Shown: piece after piece, positions 47,968 through 57,554 of the stretch
Position numbering within the stretch: the stretch's first letter is position 1
Layout of the letters: the number at the start of each line of letters is the position of its first letter
Assembly: GCA_963718895.1 (NCBI GenBank)
Contig: CAVRAG010000008.1
Coordinates: 1,312,001 to 1,376,000, forward strand
Source of the DNA: an uncultured Nitrososphaerota archaeon
GTDB taxonomy: Archaea > Thermoproteota > Nitrososphaeria > Nitrososphaerales > Gagatemarchaeaceae
Reading direction: 5' to 3'
Length of the DNA: 64,000 nucleotides
The notes under the pieces: model-generated
Told to the model about the DNA's origin: nothing
The model's input: only the letters and a program-made list of their open reading frames with translations
Database searches by the model: none
Translations under genes and position numbers: made by a program

Positions 47968-48951
47968 TTGAAAGCCAAGCTTCTCCTGGGACCATCCTTC
48001 CCAGAGGAAGAGCTCAAGAAGCTGACAAGGTACGCCGAGATCTACCGTCTGAGTGAGATGGGTGAGAAGGAACTCGACGCCGTTCTCCCTGTGGTGGACT
48101 GCCTGCTGGTCCATTTCTGGCCGGAGAGGCTGGACAGGACCAGGGTCTCCAAGATGAAACGGCTCTCCCTGATTCAGACTGGGCTTGCGGGCGTCAACCA
48201 CATACCCCTCGGGGACATCCCGAGGGATACTGTAGTCTGCAGCAACGCCGGCGGCTACTCTGACGAGGTCGGGGAGCACGCATGGGGTCTACTGCTCTCG
48301 GCCGGAAAGAGAATCGTGAGGTTGGATGGTGCGATGAGAAAGCGGGGCTTCAAGCCGGCGCCAGCTCTGGAGCTGGGCAGGGACATCCTGGTCCTGAAGG
48401 GCAGGACGCTGGGGATACTCGGCTACGGCGGCATCGGCAGGAAGGTCGCGGGGCTCGGGAAGGCATTTGGGATGAATGTCATGGCGTTCTCGAGAAGCAA
48501 CGCGGGCGATCCAGGGATAGTCTGCCTGCAGGGCAGGGCGGGCCTCGAGAGAGTGCTGAGGAAGTCGGATGCCCTGGTCCTGGCGCTTCCTCTCACCAAG
48601 CCGACGAGGGGCATGATCGGGGCGGCGGAGCTCGCGATGATGAAGGAGGATGCAATCCTTGTGAACGTCGCGCGGGCGGAGATTGTCGATGAAGGCGCGA
48701 TCTACAGGCGCCTCTCTGAGAGCAAGAGATTCATCTATGCCACCGACGTCTGGTGGACGAAGGACGGTAAGGAGTCGTTCTCCCCGGACCTGCCGTTCCT
48801 GAAGCTGGAGAACTTCATAGGAACGCCCCACGCCTCCGGACCCAGTGCTGCGGTGAGGAGCGGGCCGCAGAGGAGGGCGGTGGGGAACGTGCTGCGGTTC
48901 TTCAGAGGGGAGGAGCTCCTCAACGTTGTCGACAGGAGCGAGTACGTCTAG
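47968..48951 (+). CDS. D-2-hydroxyacid dehydrogenase
   Basis: GYGGIG, LPLT, VNVAR, DVW, TPHAS. Confidence 0.92.
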   Translation: MKAKLLLGPSFPEEELKKLTRYAEIYRLSEMGEKELDAVLPVVDCLLVHFWPERLDRTRVSKMKRLSLIQTGLAGVNHIPLGDIPRDTVVCSNAGGYSDEVGEHAWGLLLSAGKRIVRLDGAMRKRGFKPAPALELGRDILVLKGRTLGILGYGGIGRKVAGLGKAFGMNVMAFSRSNAGDPGIVCLQGRAGLERVLRKSDALVLALPLTKPTRGMIGAAELAMMKEDAILVNVARAEIVDEGAIYRRLSESKRFIYATDVWWTKDGKESFSPDLPFLKLENFIGTPHASGPSAAVRSGPQRRAVGNVLRFFRGEELLNVVDRSEYV

Positions 48952-49755
48952 GCGGTCCGGGCGACGATCTTCTCCAGGATGGCGACGTCTCCTGGAAACT
49001 TCGCTCTCAGTCTGTTCTTCTTCAGATTCTGCCTGCAAATCCAGAGCAGGTCCGGATCGACTGCATCTGCCAGCTCCCTGAGGAACAGGAGCCCTTCCTT
49101 CGGAGCGGCCGCGGTGACCACGCTTATGGAGTAGGCGAGGCACTTCCGCAGGGCCACGAACCCCTCAGACCGCCGGTCCTCGGAACCGGCGACCCTGGCC
49201 AGGATTCCCCTGTGCAGGGCGAGCGCGGTCCCGGCGAACCCGGCGATCTTCATCAACTTCGGTTCGGCCACTCCCGCAGCAACGGCACGCATCTCGAGCC
49301 ATCCACCGTTCGAGACCCAGGTCTCGAGGTCTCTGACCGTTGCAGGCCTGTCGACGATCAAGCCCTGCAGCGACATCGCGACGGCCTCCCTCACCCTCCA
49401 CCGGGGGTCCGAGGCGAGCGACCTGAGCCTCGTCATGGCCATTGCAAAGTACGGGTCTGCCAATCCGCCAACCTGGCCGACTCCCCTCGCACCGCACATG
49501 GCGACGAACTCGTCGGGAGCGGTGCAGAGCCGAAGCGAGAGGTGCCAGAACTTCTCGGGTCCGTTCTGGGATGCCCTACGAAGCTCGCCGGAGAACTCTT
49601 CCAGCAGGCCAAGATTCCCCCTGGGACCCGGGAGGTTGCTGTTCGAAGAGAGATAGCGGGTAAGCGCCCCGGACTCGCCCTTCCGCGGATACGCCTCGAG
49701 GAATGATCTGACGGCGGAAGGACGGCCTTCTCGTCCCCTCAGCCCGGGTCACCAT
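48948..49755 (-). CDS. HEAT-repeat (AlkD-like) protein; start out of frame or non-canonical
   Basis: Frame open from ~49748: NSNLPGPRGNL...DPRWRVREAVAM...NLKKNRL. Confidence 0.7.
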
Positions 49756-49765
49756 CCTACGTGGG

Positions 49766-49921
49766 TCAGAGGCCCACTGCGGCCCAGACGTCGTCGTCGC
49801 TGTCGAGCTGCGTGTACCCGCATCTTTCGCACTTCCTCCCGACCAGGGTGGTCTCCTTCCCGCCAGACCCTACCTTCCTCTCGTACTCCACCATCAGGCC
49901 GGCGTGACAGCGCTCGCACAT
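49766..49921 (-). CDS. Small zinc-finger protein; 1-nt shift in AAAA at ~49826
   Basis: Reconstructed MCERCHAGLMVEYERKVGSGGKETTLVGRKCERCGYTQLDSDDDVWAAVGL. Confidence 0.6.
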   Translation of the reverse strand: MCERCHAGLMVEYERKVGSGGKETTLVGRKCERCGYTQLDSDDDVWAAVGL

Positions 49922-50014
49922 CAAGGGCGAACTCCGGCGGACGCCGAGGGGATTTGAACGTTTAAGTTGTAGGAGATGCAGCGACGCTCAAGGGCTCGTG
50001 GAGAACAGTCTAGC

Positions 50015-51112
50015 TTGGGCATACCTGAGAAGATCAAGAAGATAGAGGACGACATACACAGGACGCAGGTAAACAAGAAGACCGAGCACCACATAGGCCT
50101 GCTGAGGGGCAAGCTCGCCAAGCTCAGGCTGGAGCAGGAGGAGCAGCAGGCCAGGCGGACGGGCAGCGCCATAGGCTTCGACGTGAAGAAGTCCGGCGAC
50201 GGGACGGTCGTGCTGATCGGGCTGCCGAGCGTCGGCAAGTCCACCCTGCTCAACGGGCTGACGAATGCAAAGTCAAAGGTGGCGGCGTACGAGTTCACCA
50301 CGCTCGACGTCGTCCCGGGCGTCATGGATTACAAGGGCGCGAGGATACAGGTCCTCGACCTACCCGGGATAATCCAGGGCGCGTCCTCAGGGAGGGGACT
50401 GGGGAAAAGGGTCCTCGCCGTTGCAAGGAACGCTGACCTGGTCCTCTTCATCATCGACGTCTTCCAGCCGGAGGCTAGGAGTCTCCTCGAGAAGGAGCTG
50501 AGGAACACGGGCATCAGGGTGGATGTCGAGCCTCCCAACGTCGTGATAGAACCCTCGACCTCGGGAGGAATCGCCGTCACGAACACGGTCAAGCTGACGA
50601 AGATTAGCGAGCAGCTCGTGAAGGAGATGCTCAGAGTCTACGAGTACAACAGCGCGAGGGTCGTGATCAGGGAGGACATAGACGCCGAGCAGCTCATCGA
50701 CGTCCTTTTGGGGAACCGGATCTACATCCCTTCGCTAACGGTCATGAACAAGATCGACCTCGTCAATGCGGGGTTCACGAACGAGCTTACAGCCAAACTG
50801 CCCTACAGCTTCGTCCCGGTCTCCGCGGAGGCGGGCGTCAACATCGCGGCCCTCAAGGAGGAGATCTACAAGAAGCTGGACTTCGTCAGAATCTACCTGC
50901 GCAGGCGCACGGGCGAGACCGACTTCAAGGAGCCGATGATCGTAAGGAACGGCTCCAGCGTCCTCGAGGTCTGCAACAAGGTCCACAGGAACATAAAGGA
51001 CGAGTTCCGGTATGCCCTGATCTGGGGGAAGAGCGTGAAGTTCGGAGGCCAGAGGGTCGGGATAAACCACAGGCTCATGGATGAGGACGTCCTGACCCTC
51101 GTGACGAAGTAA
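50015..51112 (+). CDS. DRG/Obg-family GTPase with TGS domain
   Basis: GLPSVGKST, YEFTT, DLPG, NKID, WGKSVKFGGQRVG. Confidence 0.95.
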   Translation: MGIPEKIKKIEDDIHRTQVNKKTEHHIGLLRGKLAKLRLEQEEQQARRTGSAIGFDVKKSGDGTVVLIGLPSVGKSTLLNGLTNAKSKVAAYEFTTLDVVPGVMDYKGARIQVLDLPGIIQGASSGRGLGKRVLAVARNADLVLFIIDVFQPEARSLLEKELRNTGIRVDVEPPNVVIEPSTSGGIAVTNTVKLTKISEQLVKEMLRVYEYNSARVVIREDIDAEQLIDVLLGNRIYIPSLTVMNKIDLVNAGFTNELTAKLPYSFVPVSAEAGVNIAALKEEIYKKLDFVRIYLRRRTGETDFKEPMIVRNGSSVLEVCNKVHRNIKDEFRYALIWGKSVKFGGQRVGINHRLMDEDVLTLVTK

Positions 51113-51150
51113 CAGCTAGGGATATAACCGGTCCCGGATATCTCGCCTCG

Positions 51151-51591
51151 ATGACGAATGCGACGATCTCGCCCGTCGAGGTCATGAAGGCCCACAGGGT
51201 CATCGCGGTCGTGGGAGCCTCCAAAAACCCAGGGAAGGAAGCCCACACGGTCCCAGCCTACCTGAAGGACCATGGCTTTCGCGTCGTCCCGGTCAATCCT
51301 TCGGCTGACCAGATATTAGGCGAGAAGGCCTTCCCTTCGCTCGCCTCGCTCCCGGACCAGCTGGCCCGAGACGTGGAGGTCGTCGAGGTCTTCAGGCCCA
51401 GCGAGGAACTTCCCCAGGTGGCGAGACAGGTCGTCGAGATGTCGAAGAAGCACGGCAGGAGCTACATCTTCTGGTCGCAGCTAGGGCTCGAGAACGATGA
51501 GGCAAAGGCGATACTGGCCGAGGCTAAGATCCCCTACGTGATGGACGCGTGCATGCGGGTCGTGCACGCCCGCGCGACGGAAGGCGACTGA
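51151..51591 (+). CDS. CoA-binding protein (YccU-like)
   Basis: IAVVGAS, PVNP, VFRP, WSQLG, MDACM. Confidence 0.9.
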   Translation: MTNATISPVEVMKAHRVIAVVGASKNPGKEAHTVPAYLKDHGFRVVPVNPSADQILGEKAFPSLASLPDQLARDVEVVEVFRPSEELPQVARQVVEMSKKHGRSYIFWSQLGLENDEAKAILAEAKIPYVMDACMRVVHARATEGD

Positions 51592-51598
51592 CGGTCGG

Positions 51599-51751
51599 TC
51601 ACTTCAGCAGTTCGTAGAGCCTGAAGCGCGCTTCCTCTCCCGGCGTCAGCGTGTAGCCGCAGGTAGCGCACGAGACGGTCTCTTCCTTCCGCTTCAGAGA
51701 GTACCTCCTGCAGCCGGGGCAGCGCATCTGCGACTCCTTCTCGTACGCCAT
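51599..51751 (-). CDS. Small zinc-ribbon protein (50 aa)
   Basis: MAYEKESQMRCPGCRRYSLKRKEETVSCATCGYTLTPGEEARFRLYELLK. Confidence 0.75.
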   Translation of the reverse strand: MAYEKESQMRCPGCRRYSLKRKEETVSCATCGYTLTPGEEARFRLYELLK

Positions 51752-51798
51752 TGGCAATTATTTATCAGCGGGGTTCTTATCTTCTTGGGTGAGCCGCG

Positions 51799-52056
51799 AT
51801 GTGGCAGGTCTACATGGTGAGGTGCAGGACCGGCGAACTCTACACCGGCTGCACCGTCGACCTCAAGAGGAGGGTCGATCAGCACAACGGCGGCTCTGCT
51901 TCGAAGTTCACGAGGAGCCGCAGGCCCGTCGTCCTGGTCTACCACGAAGAGTGCGGGAGCAGGTCGTCGGCACTCAAGAGGGAGAACCAGATCAAGCGGA
52001 TGACCCGCGGCCAGAAGATGGGCCTCGTTCAGACCGCCTCGGCGACGAGAGCATAG
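51799..52056 (+). CDS. GIY-YIG nuclease family protein (UPF0213-like)
   Basis: VYMVRC..LYTG..RRVDQHN..KFTRSRRP..ALKRE. Confidence 0.9.
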   Translation: MWQVYMVRCRTGELYTGCTVDLKRRVDQHNGGSASKFTRSRRPVVLVYHEECGSRSSALKRENQIKRMTRGQKMGLVQTASATRA

Positions 52057-52805
52057 CTCGGGCTCTCCGGGCTGAAGGCGCCCTTGGTGAGAAGGGAGTC
52101 GTAGAGACCGGAGAGGCTCCAACCGGTCTTCTGTAGCATCGAGATGACCTCGTGGGGTGAGTAGACCCTGATGTCTGTGGGGAACTCCCCGGCGAACCTG
52201 AGGGCTTCCCCGACCCTCAGGAAGAACCTCCAGGACCCCTTCTCCCGTGACCTCTTCACGTCGAACGAGTACCGGTCGAGCACCAGCAGCTTCTCGCTCT
52301 CCTCGAAGACGTTCTGGGCGGGGTGCCTCACGATATAGTCCCTGTTCCTCAATCCGGAGACCACGAACAAGCCTCCCGGCCTCACAACCGCCCTCAGCTG
52401 CCTGAAGAAGGCTTCGTCCTCTTGCTCTGACCCGTAGCCGATGCTCGTGAAGACGTTTATGGCACATTCGAACGAGTCCTTCGCGAACACGGTCAGGTCC
52501 GACATCGAGCCCGTCGTGAGAGAGACCCTGTTCGCCACGCCGAACTTCCTCGCCTTTGCGGCAGCGACGGAGAGGAGGTACGGGGAGAAATCGAGGCCCG
52601 AGACTGTGTAGCCCAGCTGGGCGAGGGGTACGCCGACCCTCCCTATTCCGCAGGGGACGTCGATGATCCTGCACCCGACCAGTCCCCTCTCCTGGAGCAG
52701 GCTAGATATCGCGAGCGCATCCTCCTCCCCCCTCTTCCACATCCCCTCCAGGACGAGCTCGTAGAGCTTCGCGTTCCTCACGAAGACGTTCTTCGCCCAG
52801 TTCAC
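52029..52805 (-). CDS. Class I SAM-dependent methyltransferase
   Basis: IIDVPCGIGR, GLDFS, FTSIGY, RPGG; start inferred at GTG 52805. Confidence 0.9.
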   Translation of the reverse strand: MNWAKNVFVRNAKLYELVLEGMWKRGEEDALAISSLLQERGLVGCRIIDVPCGIGRVGVPLAQLGYTVSGLDFSPYLLSVAAAKARKFGVANRVSLTTGSMSDLTVFAKDSFECAINVFTSIGYGSEQEDEAFFRQLRAVVRPGGLFVVSGLRNRDYIVRHPAQNVFEESEKLLVLDRYSFDVKRSREKGSWRFFLRVGEALRFAGEFPTDIRVYSPHEVISMLQKTGWSLSGLYDSLLTKGAFSPESPSYALVAEAV

Positions 52806-52972
52806 GCAGGCGCGACGGGAATCCGGGTAGAAAAACCTGGGCCGAGACGCATTCTGGGACGTCACCATCACAGCGGAAGCTGCGTAGTCTAGCTCCGGGA
52901 GAATCTTCCCTGATAAACTGCTGAAAGAATCTTCATCTTCCCTTATCAATTTCAGAGCATCACTTTACACCT

Positions 52973-53230
52973 ATGGACAGCCAAAGCAGGATAGAGACTC
53001 TGGTCGCCGTCCTACTTGCCACCAAGAACGGGGCCACCAGGACGAGGGTAATGTACGAGAGGGGGCTCACATCAACCCAGGCGCATGAGTATCTTTCCTT
53101 CCTGCAACTCTCTGACCTTGTGCGCGAGGAGGAGGGAACCCGGCTCTTCAGGCCCACCGAGAAGGGAAGGAGCGTTCTGGACGACTACGATCGTATCAGC
53201 CACGAGATCGAGTGGAGCATCACCGCCTAG
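52973..53230 (+). CDS. Archaeal winged-helix transcriptional regulator
   Basis: GATRTRVMY..L...YLSFL...TEKG. Confidence 0.85.
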   Translation: MDSQSRIETLVAVLLATKNGATRTRVMYERGLTSTQAHEYLSFLQLSDLVREEEGTRLFRPTEKGRSVLDDYDRISHEIEWSITA

Positions 53231-53361
53231 TCTGGCTCTCGGACCTCAGGTCCGCCACCAGCCAGGGGGCCGGTCGCTTGATCGGGTCCTGCGCGGCCGC
53301 GTTCGGCCAGAGTCGCCGGGGACGAGTAGACAAATATCCCGGGTTGTTTCATCCGGGGCCC

Positions 53362-54087
53362 ATGGCCGTAGATGCGGCGGAGCTGAGAAGGTTAACCGAC
53401 GAATTCAAGAACTCGCCCGGGTTCAGGGTTCATAGCGATATCAACAACGACAAGAGGAACCTTCGCATAGTTTCGAGGAACCGAGACGAGCTGGTGCTGT
53501 CGATCGCCTCCCTGCAGAGGCAGCTCGCCGCGACTCCCACGCCGGGGTCGAGTGAGAGCCCGTCGCTGGCGCTCGCCCTCGAGGAACTCGCCCGGAGGCT
53601 CGAGAGCTTCACTTCGTCGGCCTACGACCTGCTCGACTACACCAGAAGGCACTCCCGGAAGCTGTACGGGCAGACGGAACTTGGGAAGGAGGTGCAGTCG
53701 GAGATCGACAGGCGGTTCATCTATGGACAGGACTTCAAACTGGCGCAGGGCCTACGCAGCATATCGGCTCATGTCGGGACTCTCCAGGCGTCGTTGAACC
53801 CCGCACAGAGCGGGGAGAAGGAACAGAACGCGCCGTTCAAGGTGCAAGCGAAGGAGCTTCTTGGCTGGGACGAGTGGAACGACAATCAGCGCAAGCTACT
53901 GGAGTCCATGAAAGACGGAGTCGAGATACAGGAGCTTGCAGAGCGGTACTTCAGGAAGATGGAAGAGTTCTATGCGTGGCTCTGGAAGAATGAGAGCGAA
54001 GCGCACTCCGAGGAGCTCGCCGAGGCCGAGAGGCTCAGGCTCCGCGCCAAGGAGGCGTACGACAGGTTGTTCCCACCGGCGACCTAG
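53362..54087 (+). CDS. All-helical hypothetical protein, possible HEPN-like
   Basis: RRLESFTSSAYDLLDYTR...GLRSISAH (R-X4-H). Confidence 0.6.
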   Translation: MAVDAAELRRLTDEFKNSPGFRVHSDINNDKRNLRIVSRNRDELVLSIASLQRQLAATPTPGSSESPSLALALEELARRLESFTSSAYDLLDYTRRHSRKLYGQTELGKEVQSEIDRRFIYGQDFKLAQGLRSISAHVGTLQASLNPAQSGEKEQNAPFKVQAKELLGWDEWNDNQRKLLESMKDGVEIQELAERYFRKMEEFYAWLWKNESEAHSEELAEAERLRLRAKEAYDRLFPPAT

Positions 54088-54680
54088 GCGACTCTCTGGA
54101 CCGAGGTCACGGAGGAGAGCCACGCCCGGCCTCCGTCCCCGTGAAACTTGCTCTCGAACCTCGCTTCCCTGATCCAGTCGATCCTCCATCCCTCCTCGAA
54201 CGACGTCCTGATCTCTGCCCTGGAGACGCGCCTTGGCCCTCCCCAACCCTCTGGCTCTTCGTCGCTGAAGCAGAGCATCAGGTATCTCCCGCCCTCAGTC
54301 AGCGCCGAACCCAGGCTTCTCACAAATGTGACGCGCTGGCGGTCTGTGAAGGTGTGGAAGAGACCCGAGTCGGTTATCGTATCAAACCTCCTCTTAATCT
54401 CCTCCAGATGGAGGGCGTCCCTAACCTCGAAGATCACAGCGGCCCCCCTCTCCGAGGCCTTCCTCTTCGCCTTCTCAATGGCGAGGGGGGCCGTATCCAC
54501 TCCCCAGACCTTCAGCCCCCGGGTCGCGAAGAGGATCGCGTTCTCGCCGGTGCCGCAGCCGACGTCCAGGACCCTTCCCCGGATTTCTCCATTCTCCGCA
54601 AGTCTGACGAACTCTGCCTGCGGATGGCCGATGTCCCACGGCGGGGAGCCCTTGTAGGACTCGTTGAAGGAAGCTGCCAT
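54084..54680 (-). CDS. Class I SAM-dependent methyltransferase
   Basis: PPWDIG, VLDVGCGTG, DSGLFH. Confidence 0.92.
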   Translation of the reverse strand: MAASFNESYKGSPPWDIGHPQAEFVRLAENGEIRGRVLDVGCGTGENAILFATRGLKVWGVDTAPLAIEKAKRKASERGAAVIFEVRDALHLEEIKRRFDTITDSGLFHTFTDRQRVTFVRSLGSALTEGGRYLMLCFSDEEPEGWGGPRRVSRAEIRTSFEEGWRIDWIREARFESKFHGDGGRAWLSSVTSVQRVA

Positions 54681-54698
54681 GTCGCTCGGTCAGTCCAC

Positions 54699-55465
54699 TC
54701 AGTCCATGAGGCGCCCGCCGGCTACGTTGATCGTCTCCCCGGTGATGAATGACGAGCCCTCTGCGCTCAGGAAGAGAACGGCGTTCGCTATGTCGTCGGG
54801 GGTCGCGAGGCGCGGAATCACGTTCATCCTCGCAAGTTCCTCCTTCTTTCCCTCGAGCTTCAGGTCCCTCAGCATGTCGGTGTCAGCGAACGAGGGAGCG
54901 ACCGCGTTGACGTTGATCCCGCACGAAGCGAACTCACGGGCGAGCTGGCGAGCCATGACGATGAGGCCTCCCTTTGAGACGCTGTAGTGCAACCCCGTCG
55001 CCACTCCTCCCATCTTGCCGGAGAGACTGCCCATCATCACGACCTTCCCCCTTATCTTCTTCCTGATCATTAGCGATATGACTCTCTGGGAGACGAGGAA
55101 GGCTCCCTTCAGGTTGACGGACATCACTCGATCCCACTCCTCCTCGGAGATGTCCAGGGATCCTGTGGGGAGCGCGATGCCTGCGTTGTTGACGAGTATG
55201 TCCACGCACTGGAGCTCTCTCTCTATCGAGTCCACCATCTCCCGAACCTCGGAGGCCCTCGTGACGTCCGCGCGATACGACCTGCTGTGCGGAGAGAACT
55301 CCATGATTTTCTTGAGCGCCGTCCGGAGGTTCTCCTCCGAGACGTCGTTGACCGCGAGGACCGCTCCTTCCTTGGCGAAGGCCGTAGCGACGGAGAGGCC
55401 GATCCCCTCGCGGCTCCGGTAACGAGGACGACCCTCCCCTCAAAACGTCTGCACTGCGAGTCCAT
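54699..55465 (-). CDS. SDR oxidoreductase (FabG-like), frameshifted at ~55402
   Basis: TGAARG + (shift) IGLSVA; NNAG, YSVSK, NAVAP, ITGE. Confidence 0.88.
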
Positions 55466-55560
55466 GCTGCGGACGGATAGTGGAGGGCGCCGAGATTTAA
55501 GCAGTCAGAGGAGACTTGGGGGCGAAGAGTTTTGTAGAGGCCGGAGCGGTTCCATATCGC

Positions 55561-56253
55561 ATGGCACGGCTGGTTGCTAGTCATGGAATACACGAAATCC
55601 CGGGCATGGGATTCTCCAACGCGTACCTTGTGGAGACCGACCAGCAGGGCCTCGTCCTCATAGACACCGGGACGCCCGGCAAGGCGACCAAGGTGACGGC
55701 GTATCTGGCAAGTATTGGGAAGAAGCCGGAAGACATCTCTTACATCGTCCTTACCCATCCGGATGCCGACCATTCCGGAAGCGCCGCCGAGCTGAAGAGG
55801 GTCACAGGCGCGAAGCTGGCCATAGGCGAGCTCGACGCTCCCAGGCTCTCAGGAGAAAAGAAGCTCAAGGAGACCAGTGGCATGGCGAGCCTCACTATAG
55901 GTCTCTTCGGGGCGTTCATGAGGGTCGAGCGGGTGAAGCCCGATGTGGTGCTGAAGGATGGGGCGATGGTGGGTCCGCTCTCCATCATCCACACGCCGGG
56001 GCACACCGACGGGAGCATCTCGCTCTACGAGCAGAACGATGCGATATTCGTGGGGGACCTGCTCAGGACCGACGGCTCGGGGAATCTGAGGCTCTCCTCT
56101 GCGTCGATGAGCAGGGACATGGACGAGTCGAGACGTTCCGTCGAGAGGATATCAAGACTGGAGTTCGCGATGCTCCTGCCCGGGCACGGGAAGCCGGTAG
56201 AGGAGGGCGCATCGGCCAAGCTGAAGGCCTTCGTCGCCAACGGCTTCAAGTGA
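55561..56253 (+). CDS. MBL-fold metallo-hydrolase
   Basis: THPDADHSG, TPGHT, GD, PGHG. Confidence 0.9.
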   Translation: MARLVASHGIHEIPGMGFSNAYLVETDQQGLVLIDTGTPGKATKVTAYLASIGKKPEDISYIVLTHPDADHSGSAAELKRVTGAKLAIGELDAPRLSGEKKLKETSGMASLTIGLFGAFMRVERVKPDVVLKDGAMVGPLSIIHTPGHTDGSISLYEQNDAIFVGDLLRTDGSGNLRLSSASMSRDMDESRRSVERISRLEFAMLLPGHGKPVEEGASAKLKAFVANGFK

Positions 56254-56300
56254 TCGACGGCGTCAATCTTAAAATCCCGACCCAGTCCCTTGGTCGAGCG

Positions 56301-56519
56301 ATGTCGGGCCGGATCAGGATCATCGTCATCTTCGCGGCTGGCATGGTCCTCGCCTTTGTCTGGGGTCTCTACTACGTCATCCTCACACAGGTTGGCTTTG
56401 ACCTCGACATCACCTTGGCGTTCTTGGTCCCGACGATCGCTGTGATAGCGGCAGCGGTCGGGATGGAGCTGTATCTCCGCCGCGGACGCGCCAGATCGCG
56501 CGGACAGCCTGGCGCGTGA
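56301..56519 (+). CDS. Small two-TM membrane protein
   Basis: Two hydrophobic helices with basic tail. Confidence 0.6.
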   Translation: MSGRIRIIVIFAAGMVLAFVWGLYYVILTQVGFDLDITLAFLVPTIAVIAAAVGMELYLRRGRARSRGQPGA

Positions 56520-56570
56520 CGACCGGCGCGCGGTCTTCCTGACGTCCTGCAGGCGCGGGGTGCGGGTTCG

Positions 56571-57407
56571 CTATAGGGGATTCCCGCAGACACTACAGAA
56601 CTTCGAGTCCGGCTCGATGGGCGATCCGCAGGACCTACAGAAGTTCTTTTGCGGAGAGGAGTAGACGGGAGGATTTGCCGGGAGGGGTGGTTGCTGGAAC
56701 GGGGGAGTGACGACTCCGTAGCCCGGAACTTCGGTCGCAGCGACCGACGACGGTCCGTAGGTGATGTACGTGTACGTGAGGACCACGGCAATCCATGCGT
56801 CCAAGGGAACAAACAGGAACGCTGATACGATTTGGCCGACCACGGGTGACGCCACCGAGACCGCGGCCACGATGCCATAGACGACCAGTGCGACCGCCCC
56901 CAACACGAGCCCAATGGTGAAGGTGCTCCACTTCTTGTCGCGGCCGAAGGTCTTGCTTGCTGCCATCCCTGCGGTGGCTCCCTTGTCCTCCAGCATTATC
57001 GCGGGAACCGTGTACGCGTACCAGGTCACGAAGATGATTCCGGGGACTATCAGGGCGATGAAGCCCAGAACCACGATGAGGGCTACCAATAGGCCCGCGA
57101 CAAAGAGCGTCCAGAACCGATTGTATGCCTTCCTCAGCGAGTCAGACACAGAGAACTGACCGCCACCAAGGGCGGCTTGGACCATTGACGGGTAAGCTCC
57201 GGCGACCATTATCGAGACCACGACCGAGGCTAGCGACAGGGCCAGTCGGAGCGGGCTCAGCGTGGCCGCGCCGAGTGCGGCGATCAGAAGAGACAGGACC
57301 AGGACTATCCCCTGCGGCACCATGAGTTCTGGTCTCTTCCGGATAAGGTCCACCGACCTCGAGAGGGCGTCTCCTACCCGGATTGGCTTCCCGACCGTGC
57401 CATTCAC
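56571..57407 (-). CDS. Membrane protein with C-terminal zinc ribbon
   Basis: IVPGI, PAIMLE, 5-6 TM, Pro-rich linker, FCRSCG..FCSVCG. Confidence 0.8.
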   Translation of the reverse strand: MNGTVGKPIRVGDALSRSVDLIRKRPELMVPQGIVLVLSLLIAALGAATLSPLRLALSLASVVVSIMVAGAYPSMVQAALGGGQFSVSDSLRKAYNRFWTLFVAGLLVALIVVLGFIALIVPGIIFVTWYAYTVPAIMLEDKGATAGMAASKTFGRDKKWSTFTIGLVLGAVALVVYGIVAAVSVASPVVGQIVSAFLFVPLDAWIAVVLTYTYITYGPSSVAATEVPGYGVVTPPFQQPPLPANPPVYSSPQKNFCRSCGSPIEPDSKFCSVCGNPL

Positions 57408-57554
57408 AACCGGATGGCTGAGTTCGCGATATTTATTTATTCACTGAGGGAATCTTGAAACTCTTGACCCGCAGCGTCCCAGGATTGCCGCGCTCCCGAT
57501 AGCACACTGTCTCTCCTTCCTAGAAGGGATGGCGGCGCGGGACGTGCGAACCTC

